Shown here piece after piece: positions 21,975 through 32,932 of a DNA stretch of 64,000 bases. Position numbers and translations under genes: made by a program. Each line of letters opens with the position of its first letter. Position 1 is the stretch's first letter. The notes below the pieces were generated by a model that saw only the letters and a list, made by a program, of their open reading frames with translations, had not been told where the DNA came from and ran no database searches. This DNA comes from an uncultured Chloroflexia bacterium. GTDB lineage: Bacteria > Chloroflexota > Limnocylindria > Limnocylindrales > CSP1-4. The stretch lies in assembly GCA_963704775.1 (NCBI GenBank), contig CAVPHR010000006.1, forward strand, positions 133,391-197,390, written 5' to 3'.

Positions 21975-24488
21975 ATGTCATCACCCAACCCCGCGCGCCA
22001 GCCCTGGACCGTGCGCGTCGCGATCTGGAGCGCACGTCACCGCTGGCCCGTCTTCACCCTCTGGTTCGTCACCACGATCGGCCTGTTCGTGGCGAGCCTG
22101 GCGGCCGGCGGGACGGCCTCCCAGAACGCGGTCTCGAGCGACACCGGGGGGTCCCGCTACGAGTCCATCCGGGCCAGGGAGGTCTTCGACGCCTCCGGCA
22201 CGACCGAGCCGAGCCAGTCGCTCTACCTCGTGGTCGCGGTCCCCGAGGGCACGACCGTCGACGACCCCGCAGTGGCGGCCGCGCTGCAGGAGATCGCCGC
22301 GCGCACGACCGCCCTGCAGGCTACGGTCGGCGGAGCCTCGGTCCCGGCGTTCACCGACGTCGTCGATCCGCTCGTCGTCCCGCCAAGCGTCGGGCTCGTC
22401 GCACCGGACCGGTCTGCCGTCCGTCTGGTCGCCACGGTCCCGGGCGACAACACGGAGATCGGCGAGCGGCTCGAGCCGGTCCCGGCCTTCGTCGACCAGC
22501 TTCGCGCGGACTTCCCGACCTACACGATCCACGTGCTCAACAACACCCTCGCGAATGACGACATCTCCGAGCTCGTCAACAAGGACCTCGATGCGTCGCT
22601 CCAGATCACGATCCCGCTGACATTCGCGATCCTGCTGATCGCGTTCGGGGCGGTCGTGGCGGCCGCGGTGCCGCTCGTCCTCGCGATGACGGCGCTTCTC
22701 GCCGCGTTCGGCGTCCTTGGCCTCTACAGCCAGTTCGTGACGCCGGTCAGCCCGTACGCCAGCCAGCTGGTCGTGCTCATCGGGCTTGCCGTGGCTGTCG
22801 ACTACTCGCTGTTCATGCTCACCCGCTTCCGCTCCGAGCGCCGCCGGCATCCGCAGGCCGTGCGCCCGCCGACGACCCGGAACGACTACATCCGTCGCGT
22901 GGTCCTCGCCCTCGTCGCGATCATCGCCCTCATCATCGCTGTTGGTGTCGATTCGGCCCCGGTCCGGCTCGCCGCGGCCGCGGTCATCGGGGGCATCGTC
23001 GTCTGGTCGATCGCCCGCCTGATGGAGCACGGCGACGACACCGAGAAGATGCGGGCGATCCAGACGGCATCGAGCACGGCCGGCCGGGCGGTGTTCTTCT
23101 CGGGTCTGGCGGTGATGATCTCGATCGCCGGCCTGTTCCTGCTCGACGACCCGCTGTTCCGCTCGATGGCGATCGGGACGATCTCGGTGGTCTTCATCTC
23201 GGTCGTCGGCTCGCTGACGTTCCTGCCGGCCGTCCTGTCCATCCTCGGCGAGGGCATCAACGGCGGACGCATCCCGATCATCGGCCGGCCGAGGCCCGAG
23301 GGCAGCGGGATGTGGGCGCGCATCGTCCGCACGACGATGCGCCGGCCGGTGCTCTCGTTCGTGCTGTCGGCTGGCTTCCTCCTCCTGCTCGCGTCACCGG
23401 CGCTGCGGCTGCATATCGGCCAGAGCGACTTCGCCTCATTCCCCGATGAGATCGACAGCGTCCAGGCGCTCAACCTGATGAACGAGCACTGGCCACAGGG
23501 CTCCACCCTCGCGCTCGCGGTCGTGGTCACCAAGGCGGACCTACCCGCGACGAAGACGGCGATCGACGAGCTCACGAAGCGCCTGCTGACGATCGAGGGC
23601 CTGAGCGAGCCGGTCGAGACCCAGACGTCCCAGGACGGGACGGTCGCGATGGTCTCGTACGTCATGGCCGGCACCCAGAACGACATCGTGAACCGCGACA
23701 TCGTCCGCGACGTGCGCGCGAACGTCGTGCCCGCCGTCTTCGGCGGGCTGCCGGATGTGCAGGTCTACGTCACGGGCGACGCGGCGTACACGCTCGACGT
23801 CGTCGGCTTCTACGAGGCCGGCATGCCGCAGGTGTTCCTGTTCGTCCTCGGCCTCTCGTTCCTGCTCCTGCTCGTCGCGTTCCACTCGGTGGTCATCCCG
23901 ATAAAGGCGATCCTGCTGAACCTGCTCTCGACCGGCGCCGCCTACGGGCTGATGGTGCTCGTGTTCCAGGACGGCCACGGCGCCTCGATCATCGACGTCA
24001 AACCCGGCGTCATCGAGGCTTTCATCCCGGTCTTCATCTTCACGATCCTGTTCGGGCTCTCGATGGACTACCACGTGTTCATCCTGACCCGCATCAAGGA
24101 GGCCCGTGACCACGGGCTCAGCTCCAATGCGGCCGTCGAGCGGGGCATCTCGATCACGGCCGGGACCGTGACCAGCGCCGCGGTGATCATGGTCGCCGTC
24201 TTCGCCGTCTTCGTGACGCTTCGGCTCTCGATCATCAAGCAGCTCGGGTTCGGGCTGGCGGTCGCGGTCCTGCTCGATGCGACGATCATCCGGAGCGTGC
24301 TCCTGCCCGCCTCGATGCGCCTGCTCGGCGACTGGAACTGGTGGATGCCGGGGTTCCTCGGCTGGATCCCGCGGATCACCATCGAGGCCGAGACCGAGGA
24401 TGAGGACTCGGAGGCGGCCCAGGAAGGCGAAGGCGGGAGCGCACCCGACGAGCCGACGCAGCCCGTGGGCGAGCCGGCCGGCGCATGA
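21975..24488 (+). CDS. MMPL-family (RND superfamily) membrane transporter
   Basis: 837 aa with two 6-TM bundles and two large extracytoplasmic loops. Intact. Confidence 0.8.
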   Translation: MSSPNPARQPWTVRVAIWSARHRWPVFTLWFVTTIGLFVASLAAGGTASQNAVSSDTGGSRYESIRAREVFDASGTTEPSQSLYLVVAVPEGTTVDDPAVAAALQEIAARTTALQATVGGASVPAFTDVVDPLVVPPSVGLVAPDRSAVRLVATVPGDNTEIGERLEPVPAFVDQLRADFPTYTIHVLNNTLANDDISELVNKDLDASLQITIPLTFAILLIAFGAVVAAAVPLVLAMTALLAAFGVLGLYSQFVTPVSPYASQLVVLIGLAVAVDYSLFMLTRFRSERRRHPQAVRPPTTRNDYIRRVVLALVAIIALIIAVGVDSAPVRLAAAAVIGGIVVWSIARLMEHGDDTEKMRAIQTASSTAGRAVFFSGLAVMISIAGLFLLDDPLFRSMAIGTISVVFISVVGSLTFLPAVLSILGEGINGGRIPIIGRPRPEGSGMWARIVRTTMRRPVLSFVLSAGFLLLLASPALRLHIGQSDFASFPDEIDSVQALNLMNEHWPQGSTLALAVVVTKADLPATKTAIDELTKRLLTIEGLSEPVETQTSQDGTVAMVSYVMAGTQNDIVNRDIVRDVRANVVPAVFGGLPDVQVYVTGDAAYTLDVVGFYEAGMPQVFLFVLGLSFLLLLVAFHSVVIPIKAILLNLLSTGAAYGLMVLVFQDGHGASIIDVKPGVIEAFIPVFIFTILFGLSMDYHVFILTRIKEARDHGLSSNAAVERGISITAGTVTSAAVIMVAVFAVFVTLRLSIIKQLGFGLAVAVLLDATIIRSVLLPASMRLLGDWNWWMPGFLGWIPRITIEAETEDEDSEAAQEGEGGSAPDEPTQPVGEPAGA

Positions 24489-25303
24489 GCCCCGAGCCCG
24501 CGATCCCGGGCGGCCCGACCGACGCTGCCCTCGCCGACCTGCCCGACCACGTCCGGCGCAACCGGGCGATGTGGGACGAGTGGGCGACCGAGTACGTCGC
24601 GAACGGCGAGCGCAGCTGGCGCCTCGGGGTCGGCGAGGAGACGTGGGGGATCTGGGACATCCCCGAGGCGGACCTCCATCTCCTGCCCGACGACCTCACC
24701 GGCCTCGACACGATCGAGCTCGGGTGCGGGACCGGATACGTGTCGGCCTGGCTGGCGCGACGTGGCGCCCGGCCGGTCGGCATCGACAACTCCGCCGAGC
24801 AGCTGGCGACGGCGCGCCGGCTCCAGGCCGAGCACGGCCTCGACTTCCCGCTCCATCACGGCAACGCCGAGGCCGTGCCGTATCCCGACGCAAGCTTCGA
24901 TCTCGCGATCTCCGAGTACGGCGCCAGCATCTGGGCCGACCCATACCGCTGGATCCCGGAGGCGGCCCGGCTGCTTCGGCCCGGCGGCCGCCTGCTCTTC
25001 CTGGTCAACGGCCTGATCCTGGTCCTCACGGAGCCGGATGATGACGACGTCCCGGCCGAAGACCGGCTGCTCCGTCCGTATTTCGGGCTTCACCGCCTCG
25101 AGTGGGCGAGCGACGACTCGGTGAACTTCGCCCTCGGCTACGGGGACTGGATCCGGCTGCTGCGGGCCAACGACTTCGAGGTCGAGGACCTCGTCGAGAT
25201 CCAGGCGCCAGAGGGGGCCACGACGACCTATCCGTTCGTGACCGGCGAGTGGGCGCACCGCTGGCCGAGCGAAGAGGTCTGGGTGGCGCGCAAGCGCGGC
25301 TGA
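24485..25303 (+). CDS. class I SAM-dependent methyltransferase
   Basis: Motif I LELGCGTGYVSAWLARRG. 272 aa. ATGA overlap with the MMPL stop. Confidence 0.75.
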   Translation: MSPEPAIPGGPTDAALADLPDHVRRNRAMWDEWATEYVANGERSWRLGVGEETWGIWDIPEADLHLLPDDLTGLDTIELGCGTGYVSAWLARRGARPVGIDNSAEQLATARRLQAEHGLDFPLHHGNAEAVPYPDASFDLAISEYGASIWADPYRWIPEAARLLRPGGRLLFLVNGLILVLTEPDDDDVPAEDRLLRPYFGLHRLEWASDDSVNFALGYGDWIRLLRANDFEVEDLVEIQAPEGATTTYPFVTGEWAHRWPSEEVWVARKRG

Positions 25304-25324
25304 GGTCGCGGCGCCCGACCCCGT

Positions 25325-26405
25325 TCAGTCGAAGCGGATGAGTCGCCGGGCGTTGTCGCGGTAGACCTGCCGAAGGACGTCGTCCGGCAGGCCGAGCCCA
25401 TGGATCGCCCAGCGGCCCTGGTTGGGCGGCGCCTCCTCGTCGGCGTCGTAGGGGAACGACTCGTCGAGCGTCTCGAGGAAGCGGTAGTGCAGCGCGTAGA
25501 TGGCCGGATCCGGGCCCATATCCACTCCGAAGAGGATGCGGTCCGGCCAACGCAGGAAGAGGCTCCGCGCACCGTATGGCTGCCGCCCGAGCTCGCCGAC
25601 CCGGGCCGCGATGTCCACGTGCCAGTTCGGATACGTGGCCAGCATCCGGTCCACCCGCTCGAGGTCCTCCGCGGCGCATCCGACATGGGCGCCGATGAAG
25701 GTCGTGGCGGGATGGCGGGCGACCATCGCCTCGAGGTCGTCGAGGATCTCGTCGAACGGGGGGAAGCCCGGCGCGTCCGGCTGCCCGCGTGGGCGGGTTG
25801 GCCAGAAATGCCAGTCGGGGTGGGCCTGGAGCTCCTCGACGCGTTCGTTGTGTTCGTCGAGCGGCTCGAAGAACGCGATCGGGTCCGCGACGTGGATGGT
25901 CACCGGGACGCCGAGTTCGGCGGCGACGGCCCAGAGCGGGTCAAGGCGCCGGTCGTCGACCGCGACGACACGGCCGTCGGGCCCGCGCGCGTGGAGGCCC
26001 AGCGTCTTCCACACCTTGAGGCCGCGGGCGCCCGCCCCGACGCCGTCACGAAGACGCGACGCCTCGGTCTCGCCGAATCGCGGGTCGGTCGCCCAGCTTG
26101 TGTAGTCGAGGCCGGCGAACACGGCGACGCGCCCGGGCAGGGATGACTGCCACCGCTCGATCTCGGTGCGCAGCGCCTCGCCCGACCCGCCGTCGAGGTC
26201 GACGAGCGCCTCGACACCGGCCTCATCCAGCGTGGCCGCCAGCTCGCTCGCGGTCCGACCATGCCACTCGCCGCCGAACGCCGAGCCGAGGTGGTTGTGT
26301 GCGTCGATGGCGGGGAAGCGCGGGCGCGGGACCCGGTGCCGGGGGACGCGCGCCTGCGACCGCGGCTGGAAGTCGGCCAGGCGCAGGTCGGCGACGTCCG
26401 GGCTC
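25325..26405 (-). CDS. amidohydrolase-2 family (PF04909-like TIM-barrel metal-dependent hydrolase), last gene of the sugar-uptake operon
   Basis: GTG start overlapping the permease stop (GTGA). N-terminal AIDAHNHLG metal-binding motif. Confidence 0.6.
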
Positions 26406-27282
26406 ACCCCTTCAGGCCGCTGATCGCGATGCCGCGGACGAAGACCTGCTGGGCCGCCACGAACAGGATGATCATCGGGGCGACGCTCACGAGGGCCCCC
26501 GCCATCATCTCGGGCCACTTGCCGACGAACTGGCCCTGGAAGAACGCCAGCCCGACGGTCGTCGTGTACTGGTCGAGCTGGCGGAGGTAGATCAGCGGGT
26601 CGATCAGGTCGTTCCAGGTCCACATGAACGTGAAGATCGCGAGGGTCGCGAGCGCCGGCTTGGAGAGCGGCAGGTAGATGTGCCGGTAGATCTGCCACGG
26701 GTTGGCGCCGTCCACCCGAGCGGCCTCGCCGAGCTCCCGCGGCACCGTCAGGAAGAACTGGCGCAGCAGGAAGATCCCGAAGGCGCCGCCGAGGAACGCG
26801 CCCACCCATAGTGGTTCCTGGGTCCCGATCCAGTTGCCGCTCTCGCTCGTGGGATGGGGGAGCAGGCGATACAGGATGAAGTTCGGGACCAGCACGACCT
26901 GGAACGGGATGATGAGGGTGGCGAGGATGAGCGCGAACAGGGGCCCGCGCCCCCGGAACGGCAGGACCGCGAACGCGAAGGCGGCCATCGAACAGCTGAT
27001 CAGCTGGCCGATCGTGTTCAGCGTCGAGATCTTGAGCGAGTTGACGAAGAACGTCCCGAAGGTGACCTCGGGCAGGGCGTTCCACATCTTCGCGTAGTTC
27101 TCCGGATGGGCCCCCGACGGCAGCGTGAACGGCGCCGCGCCGAACACCTCCGCCCGGGTCTTGAGCGACGTCAGGATCATCCAGAGGAACGGCATGATCA
27201 TGATCAGCCCGCCGATCACGAGCAGGGCCGTCAGGATCCAGCGGCGGACCCGCTTCGCCCGACGACGACCCAAGACTGTCAT
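26404..27282 (-). CDS. carbohydrate ABC transporter permease (MalG-like)
   Basis: EAA-loop region (GANPWQIYRHIYLPLSKPALATLAIF) and 6 TM helices. ATGA overlap with the upstream permease. Confidence 0.8.
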   Translation of the reverse strand: MTVLGRRRAKRVRRWILTALLVIGGLIMIMPFLWMILTSLKTRAEVFGAAPFTLPSGAHPENYAKMWNALPEVTFGTFFVNSLKISTLNTIGQLISCSMAAFAFAVLPFRGRGPLFALILATLIIPFQVVLVPNFILYRLLPHPTSESGNWIGTQEPLWVGAFLGGAFGIFLLRQFFLTVPRELGEAARVDGANPWQIYRHIYLPLSKPALATLAIFTFMWTWNDLIDPLIYLRQLDQYTTTVGLAFFQGQFVGKWPEMMAGALVSVAPMIILFVAAQQVFVRGIAISGLKG

Positions 27283-28236
27283 TGGTAGTGGACCCATCGG
27301 CGCTGGGAGCGGAAGTACAGGATGGTCAGCGCCGCGACGATCAGGAACAGGATCCACGAGGCCGCCGCCGCGTAGCCCATCTTGAAGTGCTTGAAACCCG
27401 ATCTCGTAGATGAAGTAGACGAGCGTGATCGTCGCCTTCGTGGGCTCGCCCGGCCGGGCGAGGACGTACACCTGGTCGAAGACCTGGAACGCCCCGATGA
27501 AGGAGAGGATCCCGGTGAAGAAGATGGACGGCGTGAGCAGCGGCAGCGTCACGTGGCGGAAGCGCCCCCACGCGCCGGCTCCGTCGACCGCGGCCGCATC
27601 GTGGTACTCCTGCGGGATCGCCTGGAGCCCGGCCAGGAAGATGATCACGGTGACGCCCAGCCCCTGCCAGACGCTCATCACGACGATGGACGGCATCGAC
27701 CAGAACGGGTCGCTGATCCACTTCTGGGCCGGGATGCCGAACGCGCCAAGGAAGTCGTTGAGCAGCCCGCCCTGCGGGCTGTAGATCCAGAGCCACACAA
27801 GCGCGATCGCGGTGGTCGAGGTCACGACCGGCAGGAAGTACGCGGTCCGGATGATGGCGATCCCGCGGATCCGCTGATCGAGTGCGAGCGCCAGCCCGAG
27901 GCCCAGGACGAGCCCGATCGGGACGGACGTGACGGTGAAGAAGACGGTGTTCCGGAGGGCGATCAGGAACCGGTCGTCGGTGAGGAGGGCCGTGAAGTTG
28001 TCGAGGCCGACGAGCTCGGGCGGCCTGAGCAGGTCCCAGTCGGTCAGGCTGATGCCGAGAGCCGCGACGATCGGGCCGGCCGAGAGCAGCGCCAACCCAA
28101 GGACCGCGGGGGCGAGGAACAGCGCGGCCCACCACGTGTCGACACCCAGCCGACCACCTCGGCCCGGCCGGCCCCGCCGGGGGCGGGGCCGGGTCGCTTC
28201 CGTGATGAGCTGCTCAGGCGCGAGGGAGCGGGTCAC
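27279..28236 (-). pseudogene. carbohydrate ABC transporter permease (MalF-like), single 1-bp frameshift near the C-terminus (about 27395)
   Basis: Body intact. The canonical tail (FKHFKMGYAAAASWILFLIVAALTILYFRSQRRWVHYQ*) is in the +1 frame, after an extra T in GGGTTTCAAG. Confidence 0.65.
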
Positions 28237-28245
28237 CCGCTGACG

Positions 28246-29625
28246 CTACTGACCGGCGAGCAGGGCATCGAGCTGCGGCGCCACGGAATCGAGCGCCGCC
28301 TGCGCGGTCTTGTTCGGGGTGACGAACACGTTCTCGTCGAGCTCGCCCTGGAGGATGCCGACATATTCCTCGTAGCCGGCGAACGACGGCTTCGGATTTG
28401 CGTAGGCGAGGCTGTCGGCGAAGACCTGGGCGCCCTCGAACGAGGTGGCGTACGGGCCGGCGAGGACCTCCTTCGAGACGGGCAGCGCGGCCTTCAATTG
28501 CATCAACTGCTCCTGGGCCGGCGGGCTGACCAGGTATTTGACGAACTCCCATGCCGCGTCGGGTGCCTTAGTGGACTTGTAGACGACCACCCCGGTCGGG
28601 TTGACGGACGTGAACCGGCCAGCCGGCCCCTTCGGAAGCGGCGCGATCCCGAAGTCGAGGCCGGCGGCCAGATCGGTCGGGACCAGCCACGAGCCGTTGA
28701 TCTCCATGGCCGCCAGGCCCTGTTCGAACGCGTCACCAGTCTCGGCGAAGATCGCCGGCTCGGCGAGGATCTTGTCCTTGTAGATGAGGTCCTGGAGGAA
28801 CTGGACGCCACCGGTCGCCTGGGCCGTGGTCAGCGCGGTGGACTTGCCGTCGGCGCCGAAGAACGCGCCGCCGTTCTGCCAGACCAGCGACAGCCAGTAG
28901 TTCTCCATATCCGAGGTCTCGGTGTACAGGCCCCACTGGTCGACCTTGCCGTCGCTGTCGGCGTCCTTGGTCAGCTGCTTCCCGACCTCGACGAGCTTGG
29001 CCCAGTCCCACGTGTCATCCGGGTAGGGGATCCCGGCCGCGTCGAACATCGCCTTGTTGTAATAGAGCGCGATGACGTTGAGGTCGCGCGGCAGGCCGAA
29101 CTGGCCACCGTTCGCCGTCTTGAAGACGCCGACGCCCTGGTCGGCCAGTTGCCCGAGGTCGTACCCGTCGCGGGTCACGAACGGCTCCAGGTCGAGGAGC
29201 ACGTCGCGGGCCTGGTAGTCGGGGAAGAGCGGCCCATCCATCGCGAAGACGTCGGGCGCGGCGCCGCCGGACAGCCCGGTCAGGAGCTTGTCCCAATAGG
29301 TGTCCCAGTCCGCGACCGTGACCTTGACGTCGATGAGCGGGTTAACGGCCTCGAACGACTCGACGAGCTTGGTCTGGCTCTCGATCTCGGCGGGGTCGCC
29401 CCAGATGGAGTATTCGATCGAGGCAGCCGGGCCCGCGTAGCCCGACGATGCCGCCGGGCTTCCGCCGGGCGCCACCGAGGCCGGAGCCACCGACGCCGGG
29501 GCGTCGCTGGCCTGCGCGCTGGGGCTCGTCGTCGCCGAGCCGCACGCCGCGGTCACAAGGGCGAGAACGGTCGCCACGATCGCGAGCGACCGGGGCGTCG
29601 TGCGGGGAATGACTGCGTTCGCCAT
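28246..29625 (-). CDS. ABC transporter sugar-binding lipoprotein (family 1 SBP)
   Basis: Signal peptide plus lipobox (LVTAAC), and a typical extracellular solute-binding fold. Confidence 0.8.
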   Translation of the reverse strand: MANAVIPRTTPRSLAIVATVLALVTAACGSATTSPSAQASDAPASVAPASVAPGGSPAASSGYAGPAASIEYSIWGDPAEIESQTKLVESFEAVNPLIDVKVTVADWDTYWDKLLTGLSGGAAPDVFAMDGPLFPDYQARDVLLDLEPFVTRDGYDLGQLADQGVGVFKTANGGQFGLPRDLNVIALYYNKAMFDAAGIPYPDDTWDWAKLVEVGKQLTKDADSDGKVDQWGLYTETSDMENYWLSLVWQNGGAFFGADGKSTALTTAQATGGVQFLQDLIYKDKILAEPAIFAETGDAFEQGLAAMEINGSWLVPTDLAAGLDFGIAPLPKGPAGRFTSVNPTGVVVYKSTKAPDAAWEFVKYLVSPPAQEQLMQLKAALPVSKEVLAGPYATSFEGAQVFADSLAYANPKPSFAGYEEYVGILQGELDENVFVTPNKTAQAALDSVAPQLDALLAGQ

Positions 29626-29656
29626 CAGGGTCTCCTCCTCCTCTGGCAGCGGGCCG

Positions 29657-30955
29657 TCAGGCCGCGCCACCCAACCACGCCGGGAGCCAGGCGGCCTCCG
29701 CGGCGATCAACTCGTCGGTCATGTGCCACGCCTCGTCGAGCGTGAGCCGTGCCTGGACCTGGGGATCGCAGAGCACGGCGTGGTAGATGGCCTCGCGGTC
29801 CTCCCGGAGCGCGGCCTGGACGGTGAGGGTCTGGGTGTCCACAGCCGGGTGGACGTACGCCGCGCAGTGCGCGGGCAGCGGGCCGGGCGACCGGGGATGG
29901 ACGCCCGCCCCGTCGACGTCGCACGGCACCTCGACGCACGCGTCGGCCGAGAGGTTCGCGATCAGGTCCGGGCCGTTGATCACGTTCCCGACGATCCGGG
30001 CGGCCTCGCCGGTGGCGCGTGCGTGCGCGATGACGGCGGCGTACTCGCCGCTGCGCTCGATCTCGAACGGCTCGCCGGCATCCAGGCGCCGCTTGGTGTC
30101 CGCGAACTCCTCGAGGTTGTTCGCGACCCGATCGAGGTACTCGCCGATCGGGATGTGGAAACGGGCGACCAGGTCGTCCTTGGGGATGAACCACGGGTTG
30201 TACTCGGCGTGGTGCTCGGACGACTCGGTCGGGTAGAAGCCGAAGCGGCGGAAGAGCTCGGCGCGCACGAGATCGTCATCGGGGACGCGGCCGGCATCGA
30301 CGGCGGCCCGGAGCGCGGGGTAGAGGTCCCGACCGTCCTTCTCCAGGCGCAGAACCCAGGCGAGGTGATTGACGCCGGCCGTGACGTAGTCGATCTCGGA
30401 CGGCGGCAGGTCGAGGTAGCCGGCGAGCGCGTCGATCGTCCAGTAGACGCTGTGGCACAGCCCGGTCGTGCGGATCCCGCTCGACTCGGCGACCGCGCGG
30501 ACCAGGATCGCCATGGGGTTCGTGTAGTTCAGGAACCAGGCGTCCGGGCACAGGTCCTCCATGTCGCGAGCGATCCCCAGGACGACCGGGATCGTGCGCA
30601 GGCCCCGGAGCACCCCGCCGACGTTGATCGTGTCGTTGATCGTGTACTGCAGGCCGTAGCGGCCCGGCACCTCGAAATCGATCCTGGTCGCGGTCGCCCC
30701 GCCCACCTGGATGGTGTTGATGACGACGTCGGCGCCGGGGAGCGCCGCCCGCCGATCGAGGTGCGTCTCGACCCTCGGTGTCGCGCCCATGGCCGTGGCG
30801 ACATAGGCGGCCATCCGTTCGGCCGTCCGCAGCCGGTCCGGGTCGATGTCGTGGAGGACGATCTCGGCCGTCTTCAGCTCGGGATAGGACAGGATGTCGC
30901 CCAGCAGGTTCCGGGTGAACTCGACCGATCCGGCGCCCACAAGCACGATCCGCAT
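29657..30955 (-). CDS. glycoside hydrolase family 4 (NAD+/Mn2+-dependent alpha-glucosidase/alpha-galactosidase-type)
   Basis: MRIVLVGAGSVEFTRNLLGD Rossmann N-terminus, plus GLCHSV catalytic-region and NHLAW motifs. Confidence 0.8.
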   Translation of the reverse strand: MRIVLVGAGSVEFTRNLLGDILSYPELKTAEIVLHDIDPDRLRTAERMAAYVATAMGATPRVETHLDRRAALPGADVVINTIQVGGATATRIDFEVPGRYGLQYTINDTINVGGVLRGLRTIPVVLGIARDMEDLCPDAWFLNYTNPMAILVRAVAESSGIRTTGLCHSVYWTIDALAGYLDLPPSEIDYVTAGVNHLAWVLRLEKDGRDLYPALRAAVDAGRVPDDDLVRAELFRRFGFYPTESSEHHAEYNPWFIPKDDLVARFHIPIGEYLDRVANNLEEFADTKRRLDAGEPFEIERSGEYAAVIAHARATGEAARIVGNVINGPDLIANLSADACVEVPCDVDGAGVHPRSPGPLPAHCAAYVHPAVDTQTLTVQAALREDREAIYHAVLCDPQVQARLTLDEAWHMTDELIAAEAAWLPAWLGGAA

Positions 30956-32040
30956 CAGCCGACCTCCTGGACGCCGAGGATGTGGCGGAGACCCTGGCTG
31001 TGGTAACGCTCCACCCAGTCGGGCCTGTCCGGGTCGTGGCCACGGCGCCTGGCGAGCGCGTAGGCAAGCCGGGCGATCGGCGGCACCGTGGTGAGCGGCG
31101 CGTGGTCCTCGACGGCGTCCGGCGACAGCGGCAGCAGCCGCGATCCGGGCATGATCGGCGCGGGTCCGACCTCGATGGTCCGGGCGCCCCATTCGGCGGC
31201 ATGGCGAACCACGTCGGCCACGGCGTCCCGACCCGGGCCCACTGGCGCGATCGCGATGACGACGCTCGCCGGCCCGACGATCGTCGCGACACCCGAAGCC
31301 ATCTCCCAGGTCTCGGTGCCCTCGGCGTGCACGATGGCCATCTCCTTGAGCTTGAGGGCGGACTCCATCGCGGCGATGTGGGCCAGGCCGCTGCCGACCA
31401 CGAAGATGTGCTCGGCATCGGCGAGCTCGTCGGCGAGCTCGTCGGCCATCGGCTCGGCGTCGGCGATGGCCGACTCGGCGTGGTCGGCCGCGCGCACGAT
31501 CGCGTCCACGACCGCCTCGCCCCGCCGCCGCTCGAGCAGGCCGAGCAGCAGGAGCTCCGTGGCGACGAGCGTGGCCGAGAACGTCTTGGTCATGACCGGC
31601 ACGTCGCTGGGACCACCCGCGGACATGAGGACCTCGGACGCCACCCGCGTCAGCGTCGATCCCGGGACATGGACCACGCCGATGACCGGCACCCGACCCT
31701 GCCACGCGTCCGCGACCGCGACGACGTCCCGGAACTCGCCCGACGCCGAGATGCCGACGATGACGTCGTTGCGGCCGAGATCGGGCGGGTAGGCGAGGAA
31801 CGCACCGGCGGTCACGGGCACGACAACGGGGTCGTCCGCGCTCGCATGCCGAGCGTAGAGACCGGCCGCGGCGAGGCAAGAGTGGTACGAGGTCCCGTTG
31901 CCGATCAGGTGGATCCGGCGGATCCCGTCCCGGCGCAGGCGCCCGGCCATGTCGCGAGCCACGGGCCAGGCGGTCTCGACAGTCCGGCGGATGGCATCGG
32001 GGCCCTCGGCGATCTCGCGGGGGACGATCGGGGCGGTCAT
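30956..32040 (-). CDS. double-SIS-domain sugar-phosphate isomerase/deaminase (AgaS/GlmS-C-like)
   Basis: Two SIS modules (LIGNGTSYHS...GISASGEF / IFVVGSGLAHIAAMESALKLKE). Confidence 0.7.
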
Positions 32041-32783
32041 GGGGCGATCACGACCTCGACGCCGTGCGCGCGAAGTGCGGCGACGTCGGACGCGGCCACC
32101 GAATCGTCGGTGATGAGCGTCGTGATCTGCGCGATGTCGAAGACGAAGGCGGGAGCCACGGTTCGGAACTTGGTCGCGTCGGTGAGGACGACGCAATCGC
32201 GCGCCGCGCGGCGCAGAGCCCTGTCGGTGAGGATCTCGGGGATCGAGTCGTTCATCAGGCCGAGATCGGGCCCGATCGCGCCGATCCCCATGTAGAGCGC
32301 GTCGGCGCGCAGCTCACGAAGGGCGAGCTCGGCGATGTGACCCAGTGTCGAGTGCATGCCCGCCCGGACGACGCCGCCCAGCACCACGAGCTCGACGCCG
32401 GGCCGATCCATCAGGATCGTCGCCACGTCGAGGGCGTTCGTGATGACTGTGATCCGCCGGTCGACGAGCCGACGGGCGAATTCGAGAGTCGTCGAACCGC
32501 TCGAGATGAGGATCGTGTCGCCATCCTTGACCCGAGCGGCGGCGGCATCGGCGATGGCCCGCTTCGCGGCGAGACCGGGGTCGCCGGCACTCGGGAGCGG
32601 GGGACCGCTGAGCGCAGCGCCGCCGTACGTCCGCAGGATGCGACCGTCACGGGCCAGGCGAGCCAGGTCGCGGCGGATCGTCGAGGGCGTGACTCCGAGG
32701 TCCCGGGCGAGCGTGCCGACGGACGCCCGGCCATCGGAACCGATCCGGGTCAGGAGGGCATCACGACGCGACGTGCGTGACAT
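32037..32783 (-). CDS. DeoR-family transcriptional regulator
   Basis: N-terminal HTH (ASVGTLARDLGVTPSTIRRDLARL) plus a DeoR C-terminal sugar-phosphate sensor domain. Confidence 0.8.
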   Translation of the reverse strand: MSRTSRRDALLTRIGSDGRASVGTLARDLGVTPSTIRRDLARLARDGRILRTYGGAALSGPPLPSAGDPGLAAKRAIADAAAARVKDGDTILISSGSTTLEFARRLVDRRITVITNALDVATILMDRPGVELVVLGGVVRAGMHSTLGHIAELALRELRADALYMGIGAIGPDLGLMNDSIPEILTDRALRRAARDCVVLTDATKFRTVAPAFVFDIAQITTLITDDSVAASDVAALRAHGVEVVIAP

Positions 32784-32932
32784 GACCGGGACGGTAGACG
32801 CGCAGTCTGCGTCATGTCAAGACCGTGTCGCGCATGATTTACTGCAATCCTGCGCACATCGCGCAGGAATCTTGCGCGATAGGGATTCCCGCCGCTATCC
32901 TGCCGTGGTTCGGATCGCCACCTGGGAGACGC

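Noticed and set aside
27382-31006. ORFs 27382..29745(+) 787 aa and 29600..31006(+) 468 aa
   Set aside because: Antisense to the permease, SBP and GH4 genes. Asp/Arg/Gly-rich composition with no motifs.
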